A stretch of 64,000 nucleotides of DNA from a virus (taxonomy: Duplodnaviria > Caudoviricetes). A program made the position numbers and the translations under genes. A model generated the notes under the pieces. The model was given only the letters and a program-made list of their open reading frames with translations. It made no database searches and was not told the DNA's origin. The stretch covers positions 1 through 64,000 of the IMG/VR virus record IMGVR_UViG_3300017814_000114; one strand, given 5' to 3'. This document shows positions 58,242-64,000 of this stretch, piece after piece (position 1 is the first letter of the stretch; every line of letters starts with the position of its first letter).

Positions 58242-59649
58242 AGTATATAATGAGGGACAACTTCCTATAGCCCCGGTAGAATCATTTAAAGAACTACAAG
58301 AAGACTTCAAAATAAGTGATCCAGAAAAAATATTGAAACTGGAAATGCTAATTATCACTAGAGGGTTCAAGTACAGCTTTAAAGTATGGAAGGATCCTGA
58401 TGGAATTATGTGGATTATTGATGCTCATCAACGAAAGAAAGCATTATTGGATCTCAAGAAAAAAGGATATGAAATACCAGATATACCTTACGAACCTATA
58501 CATGCTGCAGATAAAAAAGAAGCGGTAGAAGAAATCGCTGCATATAACTCTCAATTCGCGACCATCAATCCCGATACGATACTATTCCAAAAATATAATA
58601 TTGAAGTTGAGGATCTAGTTCAATTTGGGCTGGGCATAGACTTCTCACATATATCGCAAGCCATTAACGGTACAGAACTCATGCAAGATGTACCGATAGA
58701 ATCAGTACAAGAAGATGACTTTAACTATAATGAAAAACAGAAGGAAAGTCCTATCATTCCGGGGGATATCATACTCATGGGAAATCATCGTCTGATATGT
58801 GCTGATTCAACCAATAAAAAAAACATGGAAAAATTGGTTGATGGATGTCGAATAGATCTGGTGGTGACTGATCCACCATACAATGTGAATTATACCGGAG
58901 GAACGAAGAAACATCTCAAGATACAGAATGATAACATGGAAGAAGAATGCTTTCAAAATTTTCTCCATGCTGCTTTTTCTTCTGCGGATTCCGTCATGAA
59001 AGCTGGAGCAGCTTTTTATATCTGGTATGCTTCGTCACAGAGTCTCAATTTCACAACGGCCATGAAAAAAGCCGGATGGCAACATCGACAACAACTCGTA
59101 TGGAATAAGAATGTATTTATTCTCGGCCGACAAGATTATCAATGGAAACATGAAGTGTGTCTTTACGGATGGAAAGATGGAGCGAGCCATTATTTTATTG
59201 ACACAAGAAATCTCACGACCGTTATAGAGAATGATTACGATATAGATTCGATGAGTGTAGATGCGCTTCGGCAACTTGTTCGCGAGATTATGTATAGCAC
59301 TCCTCCATCGACAGTCATAGATGAGGATAAACCTTTGTTCAACAGAGAACATCCGACGATGAAACCAATTCGATTATTTGCCAGACTTATTCACAATTCG
59401 AGCAAGCAAGGAGAAAATATACTGGACATGTTCGGTGGAAGTGGAACATCTCTGATAGCATCCGAGCAACTGAACCGGAAGTGCTTCATGTCTGAACTTG
59501 ATCCGGTATATTGTGATGTCATCGTTAGACGTTATCACAAAATGTTCCCGGATAAAGATATCATATTGATAAGAGAAGGGCACAGCTTTAGCATAGAAGA
59601 ATCGCATAACATATTGAAGTATGACAGAGAAGAATCTGACATTAAATAA
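58228..59649 (+). CDS. ParB-like domain plus N6/N4 DNA methyltransferase (beta class)
   Basis: IIDAHQR, TDPPYN, HPTMKP, LDMFGGSG, ELDPVYCD. Confidence 0.9.
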   Translation: MKKIEVYNEGQLPIAPVESFKELQEDFKISDPEKILKLEMLIITRGFKYSFKVWKDPDGIMWIIDAHQRKKALLDLKKKGYEIPDIPYEPIHAADKKEAVEEIAAYNSQFATINPDTILFQKYNIEVEDLVQFGLGIDFSHISQAINGTELMQDVPIESVQEDDFNYNEKQKESPIIPGDIILMGNHRLICADSTNKKNMEKLVDGCRIDLVVTDPPYNVNYTGGTKKHLKIQNDNMEEECFQNFLHAAFSSADSVMKAGAAFYIWYASSQSLNFTTAMKKAGWQHRQQLVWNKNVFILGRQDYQWKHEVCLYGWKDGASHYFIDTRNLTTVIENDYDIDSMSVDALRQLVREIMYSTPPSTVIDEDKPLFNREHPTMKPIRLFARLIHNSSKQGENILDMFGGSGTSLIASEQLNRKCFMSELDPVYCDVIVRRYHKMFPDKDIILIREGHSFSIEESHNILKYDREESDIK

Positions 59650-59953
59650 TATCGGCGATAAATATCTCAACCAGGTGAAAAGTTTTGGAGCTCTAGGCTA
59701 TAGTATCGGAAGGATCCTAGAATTGCTTAATCTCCCAGACAGCGAAGCTACGGAACTGAAGTTAAGAATGTCAATGCCGGAAGATATCTACAACAAAGCC
59801 TATAGACAAGGCTGTGCAATCGGTGAATACAATGTAGATGTTGAACTTCATAAACAAGCAGAGAAGGGTGATATTGATAGTATAAAATTGGAAGAAGAGC
59901 GAAACATGATCAAGAAAGAAGATAAACTTAAACGTGAATTATTTGGTGTATGA
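59621..59953 (+). CDS. Small packaging-module protein
   Basis: Homologue of 13117..13398. Confidence 0.5.
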   Translation: MTEKNLTLNNIGDKYLNQVKSFGALGYSIGRILELLNLPDSEATELKLRMSMPEDIYNKAYRQGCAIGEYNVDVELHKQAEKGDIDSIKLEEERNMIKKEDKLKRELFGV

Positions 59954-60600
59954 ATTACCTTGAAGTTCTTAATAATCTCAACCCAGACATCATAGAAAAC
60001 TTCCTTGCCACAGGAAAATCCGTAGGAATACCGGAAGATGTGCAACTGTTTCTGAAGCAAATTCAATGGGCTGCAGAGATATATGAGTATGAAAGAAATA
60101 TTACTCGAGCAGCAAACGAATTACATAGCAAGATACTCGTTTTGCAGCATATGTCAATACCGGTAAGGACCTGCAAGGCCAGAATATATACAGCCCTTCG
60201 TTACTTCAATATCGACAATAATGTTTCTATTAAAATATGGGAAAATAATTTTGCCGACAAATATGAAGATCTCGCCAAGATATGTGCTCTAAAAGGGGAA
60301 TATAAAGCTCAAAAGTTATGCTATGACCAGGCTCTCGAGTGCCGACGTCGAGCTAGTGAAGCGGCCGAAACCGATAAAGATTGGGCTCCGGTATTTCTTA
60401 TTAACGATACTATCCCTATAGAAAAACTTGGATTTAAGAAGAAATCTCTTAAAGAAATCGCACATAAGAGTAATGAAGGATATTATATACACCTCATAGA
60501 ATCTCTACCTATTGAGGATGAAGAAAAAAAACGTCTGCTTTCTGATGCGGATATCGTGGATGCTAATGTGATAGATATCAATGAAGATGATACAGAATAA
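59950..60600 (+). CDS. Probable terminase small subunit-like protein
   Basis: Directly upstream of the large terminase. Confidence 0.5.
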   Translation: MNYLEVLNNLNPDIIENFLATGKSVGIPEDVQLFLKQIQWAAEIYEYERNITRAANELHSKILVLQHMSIPVRTCKARIYTALRYFNIDNNVSIKIWENNFADKYEDLAKICALKGEYKAQKLCYDQALECRRRASEAAETDKDWAPVFLINDTIPIEKLGFKKKSLKEIAHKSNEGYYIHLIESLPIEDEEKKRLLSDADIVDANVIDINEDDTE

Positions 60601-62353
60601 AGAAGAACCTGTTAATATGTATCCTGCCTTCGAAGAATTCTATATGAATCGAATGCAAATCATGGCCAATCTTATCGATCCGAACATCCTGATCTGTGAA
60701 GATGCTCGAGCTGCTGGTAAGACTGAAGGAGTAATGACGCCTCGTATTATAAAAGTTGCGAATGCCATGCCTGGCGAACTAGGGTTCCTGGTTCATAAGA
60801 CATACGTAGCCTTGATGACTAACGTATGGCCGAATATAGCGGCAGCCTTGGCCAGACCGGTACAAGGAGGAACTAGATCCATGCTTCAGTATGGAATAGA
60901 CTATGTCGTTGGTGAGACAAAGATACCTACACACTTCAAAATGCCAAAATATCCAGTCACCTATCCAAAACATAGCATCATCTTTCGTAATGGTTTCCAT
61001 CTCCAGATGGTCAGTTCCGATCAGCCGGAATCAGTTGCAGGTAGAAGTGGTGTACACGCGTTCATAGAAGAGATGAAACACAACAAGGGTGAAAAACTGA
61101 AGAGCCGATTATTCCCTTCACTTCGTGGATCGTCAATGGATGTAAGAGTATGTCCCTATTACCAAGGCATAACCGGAGTAAGTGACACGGCCAGAGTAGA
61201 CCTCGGTGAAGACGATTGGTTCTATGATTATGAAAAAAATGTTGATAAAGATCTGATGGATGAAATCGCAACGGTCGCAACTCATGTGAATCATTATCTT
61301 ATAATATATTATCGTTGTAGATGCGAACAGCCAAAGACAACTGATCCTATACAGATGGAAAAGTTAAGACTAATACAACAGAAGGCTGAAAGACATCTAC
61401 ATATATGGATGCCTCGATTAAATGAGATGAGAAAAGATGCAACGTTCTACATTCGTGCCAGCTCGTTCGTTAACAAAGACGTGCTCGGCCCAAAATTCTT
61501 TAAGACACAGCTTGAAGCACTCGACATGGATGAATTTCTAACTTCTATCTGTGCGATACGCCGTAAATCTGTTGTAAACCGATTCTTTGCGTCGTATAAT
61601 CCGAAAATACATCAATTTTCCGACTCATATATTTATGAATCAATCTTAAAACTGGACCTTAAAGAACGATTCATTCTAACAAGTCATTATCTAAAATGGT
61701 ATGATTGCAGAGATGAGTTGTTATTTGGCTATGACCCGGGACATTTTTCAAGTCTTGTATGTGCGCAAATGAAACCCAGACGCGACGAATTGAGAGTAAT
61801 AAAGGAGTTCACTTGCTATTGGCCTTCCGAGCAACCGGAGTTAGCCAAACAAGTATGGGACTTTTTTGGAGATTCCGAGAAAAACAAACGCATTATCCTA
61901 TACCACGACCGGGCCGCAAACAAGACGAGAGAAGAATATGAACAGATAACGACTGATGCCAGAATGATGAAAAGTGAACTCGAGAGTTATGGCTTCGAAG
62001 TCGCAATCATGAACGAAGGTCAGGCAACCATCTACCATTGGCAACAGTTCAAGTTATTGCAATTTGTCTTCTCAGGACGTAGTCACAGCGTTCCGCACGT
62101 GTTGGTCGATGAAAATGAATGTAAGAACCTTTGCAGCTCTATTATGTTATCACCACGTAAAGATAAAGACGGCCAGGTACAACTTGACAAGACGAGCGAA
62201 AAGAAAGTACCGTTAAAGATGCAAGCGGGACTAACGACACAGCTTGCGAGTGCTTTTATTTATCTGTTGTATGGCCTATTTGGGGATAAAATAGCAGAAA
62301 TCAATCCCGATATACCGGATAATTTGCCGAATAATTTCACTTTCGAGAGCTAA
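60581..62353 (+). CDS. Terminase large subunit
   Basis: ARAAGKT, AFIEEMK, GYDPG; collinear with 14008..15615. Confidence 0.75.
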   Translation: MKMIQNKEEPVNMYPAFEEFYMNRMQIMANLIDPNILICEDARAAGKTEGVMTPRIIKVANAMPGELGFLVHKTYVALMTNVWPNIAAALARPVQGGTRSMLQYGIDYVVGETKIPTHFKMPKYPVTYPKHSIIFRNGFHLQMVSSDQPESVAGRSGVHAFIEEMKHNKGEKLKSRLFPSLRGSSMDVRVCPYYQGITGVSDTARVDLGEDDWFYDYEKNVDKDLMDEIATVATHVNHYLIIYYRCRCEQPKTTDPIQMEKLRLIQQKAERHLHIWMPRLNEMRKDATFYIRASSFVNKDVLGPKFFKTQLEALDMDEFLTSICAIRRKSVVNRFFASYNPKIHQFSDSYIYESILKLDLKERFILTSHYLKWYDCRDELLFGYDPGHFSSLVCAQMKPRRDELRVIKEFTCYWPSEQPELAKQVWDFFGDSEKNKRIILYHDRAANKTREEYEQITTDARMMKSELESYGFEVAIMNEGQATIYHWQQFKLLQFVFSGRSHSVPHVLVDENECKNLCSSIMLSPRKDKDGQVQLDKTSEKKVPLKMQAGLTTQLASAFIYLLYGLFGDKIAEINPDIPDNLPNNFTFES

Positions 62354-62548
62354 TAATTCACGACAATATTTAAATAATTAAAGAAATTGACAACGAAATA
62401 ATAGCTAAATATATGGTAATTAGAAATTTAAGTCTCACACGAAAAATCTCAAAAAATGAAAATCTCTACAATCAACACGCCCCGCTAAGAAAGCGAGCTG
62501 ATGCGCAACCGGTAAAGGTCGTCGGAAATATGACAGACCCCCCGGGGT

Positions 62549-62583
62549 GTCCTTCATAGTGGTCAACAAAAAATCTATTTTCG
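62549..62583 (+). promoter_or_regulatory. Late-type promoter GTCCTTC-N20-TATTTTCG
   Basis: Same spacing, before the portal operon. Confidence 0.5.
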
Positions 62584-62587
62584 CTGT

Positions 62588-62902
62588 ATGGAAATTGAAC
62601 TGAAAGGACTGGATGCGTTGGAACTTGCCAGAGAAATAAGCAAAGTACCAGGGCTTACGTTTAAGATAGCATTCTTCAAGTACTCTCGGACAAAGAACAC
62701 TGCGTCTAAAAGCCTTGAGATAAAAGAAGGGTGCAAAGTACGCGCTCAACTTCCCCAGGAAAGATTCTCTATCGATTCAGATAACTTCTTTCTATTCAGT
62801 GATGCGAATGGGGATCCTAAGATGTGCTATCGATATCTTATCAGATATATGGGGTTTCCACAAGACAATTATAAAATGCATAAAATTAAATGGCTATGGT
62901 AG
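62588..62902 (+). CDS. Small hypothetical protein upstream of portal
   Basis: Positional homologue of 18052..18297. Confidence 0.6.
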   Translation: MEIELKGLDALELAREISKVPGLTFKIAFFKYSRTKNTASKSLEIKEGCKVRAQLPQERFSIDSDNFFLFSDANGDPKMCYRYLIRYMGFPQDNYKMHKIKWLW

Positions 62903-64000
62903 ATAATATAGAAATGATTGGCAGTGTAGGCAACTACATGGATGAACATAATGTGTTTTCGTTCCAATATGGATCTGGTTTCGTTCCCGCAGACACATTT
63001 TTCACGAACACGGTGCCTGGTCTGATGGGACAACAGAGATGGCTTTCCATTCAAGGATACAATGTAGCGATGCGAGGAATGAATAACCTGCAATGCGAAG
63101 AATTGGAGGCTGATATAAAGAAGAATCGCCTTCTACCTAAACTAATCAATAAGCAGTGCACTATGTTATATGGTCATGGGCCTTTTTTATATAAAAGGAC
63201 ATTCGAAAATAATAAGATAAAAAAACAATGGATGGAATTACCAACTGTACAGGACTGGCTCAACTCTTGGGACCGAAATGGCATGGTGAGTAGTTATACA
63301 GATTTTGCGAAGTCGATTATAAAGAACTACTACTATTTTCACGATTTCTTTGTGATGTGGCGTATGATGAAGGGGAAAATCATTGGTAGAATGCCTATCG
63401 CCGGAATGGAATGCCAAGAAAATAAATTTTGTCGGTTGGCCACAATGCGCCAAGATGTAGCGACACAGCTCGTCGGTTACGGCGATTTAGGGCAGGTAGT
63501 ACTCGGTAACTGGGCGTATGGTGCATCGAATTTTAAAGTCTATCCTCGCCTCGATTTGATGGAAGTGGACAATATTAATTATGCCGGTATCTCTCATCAC
63601 AGAGATATGTCGCCTGGTGATGTTTATGGACTCAATGAAACGCACTCCGGAGCACTTCCTTATATTCGTGCATCAAATGAGACCCCCAATTATATTAATT
63701 CGTTCCTGAAGAACTCTCTGGCCGCTAAGATCCACATCATTATACCGAATGCGTGGATTGAATCGAAACGCGCACAGATCAAAGATCTTGTACAAGAAAA
63801 TAAAACGAGAGAAAAAGAAAAAAAGATTCTACTTACTTATAACGACATCGAGATTGGTACCACATTCAAAGAATCACTCGTTATCGAATATATACAGTCA
63901 GAGATGAGAAAATTATCTAAATATCTTTCAGGAGCGGATAACCAAGGCAAAGCATACGCAAGTATCTCCTTCCTTACCGGCCAACAACAGAAAGAACAAC
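62896..64000 (+). CDS. Portal protein, 5' part (truncated by the window; absent from the ORF track)
   Basis: Frame MVDNIEMIG...; NSLAAKIHIIIPNAW and LSGADNQGK align with KNHASVKYQVEVHKDYW and VSGIENSGK of 18294..19721. Confidence 0.7.
   Translation, partial: MVDNIEMIGSVGNYMDEHNVFSFQYGSGFVPADTFFTNTVPGLMGQQRWLSIQGYNVAMRGMNNLQCEELEADIKKNRLLPKLINKQCTMLYGHGPFLYKRTFENNKIKKQWMELPTVQDWLNSWDRNGMVSSYTDFAKSIIKNYYYFHDFFVMWRMMKGKIIGRMPIAGMECQENKFCRLATMRQDVATQLVGYGDLGQVVLGNWAYGASNFKVYPRLDLMEVDNINYAGISHHRDMSPGDVYGLNETHSGALPYIRASNETPNYINSFLKNSLAAKIHIIIPNAWIESKRAQIKDLVQENKTREKEKKILLTYNDIEIGTTFKESLVIEYIQSEMRKLSKYLSGADNQGKAYASISFLTGQQQKEQ

Larger units (their letters stand above)
44695..64000. mobile_element. 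Prophage 2, left part (continues beyond the window)
   Basis: Starts at the att core; syntenic with prophage 1 from repressor to portal. Confidence 0.9.

Noticed and set aside
4343-63453. Numerous antisense or alternate-frame ORFs nested in long genes
   Set aside because: Shadow ORFs with no motifs or expression signals

Overview
Bacteroidota (Bacteroidales-type TAnnTTTG promoters) chromosome segment made almost entirely of two related but divergent tailed prophages integrated head-to-tail at one att site. Prophage 1 is complete (about 1825-44694; 42,870 bp between att copies). It carries an immunity switch, antirepressor, primase-helicase plus iteron origin, Clp protease/capsid, terminase, a hicAB moron, portal, a collagen-repeat tail fibre, lysis genes, an AT-rich accessory/defence block, a C4/CI-like antisense-RNA operon, tape measure and a tyrosine integrase. 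Prophage 2 (44695->64000) is truncated by the window inside its portal gene. Left of prophage 1 is a remnant end of a third element. The most notable unannotated signals are: (i) three copies of a structured RNA scaffold with different single-stranded guide segments, one with perfect cis targets and one orphan copy behind hicAB; (ii) a 5'/3' fold-back that covers the hicA start codon; (iii) six late-operon promoters sharing a GT(C/A)(T/C)TT box at an invariant distance from the -7 element; (iv) a coupled small-gene/ADP-ribosyltransferase pair with a large insertion; (v) two origins of the same architecture built from different iterons; (vi) a probable -1 frameshift after the tail-tube gene; (vii) an unlisted small membrane peptide. 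All family assignments come from motif recognition by eye, not from database searches.
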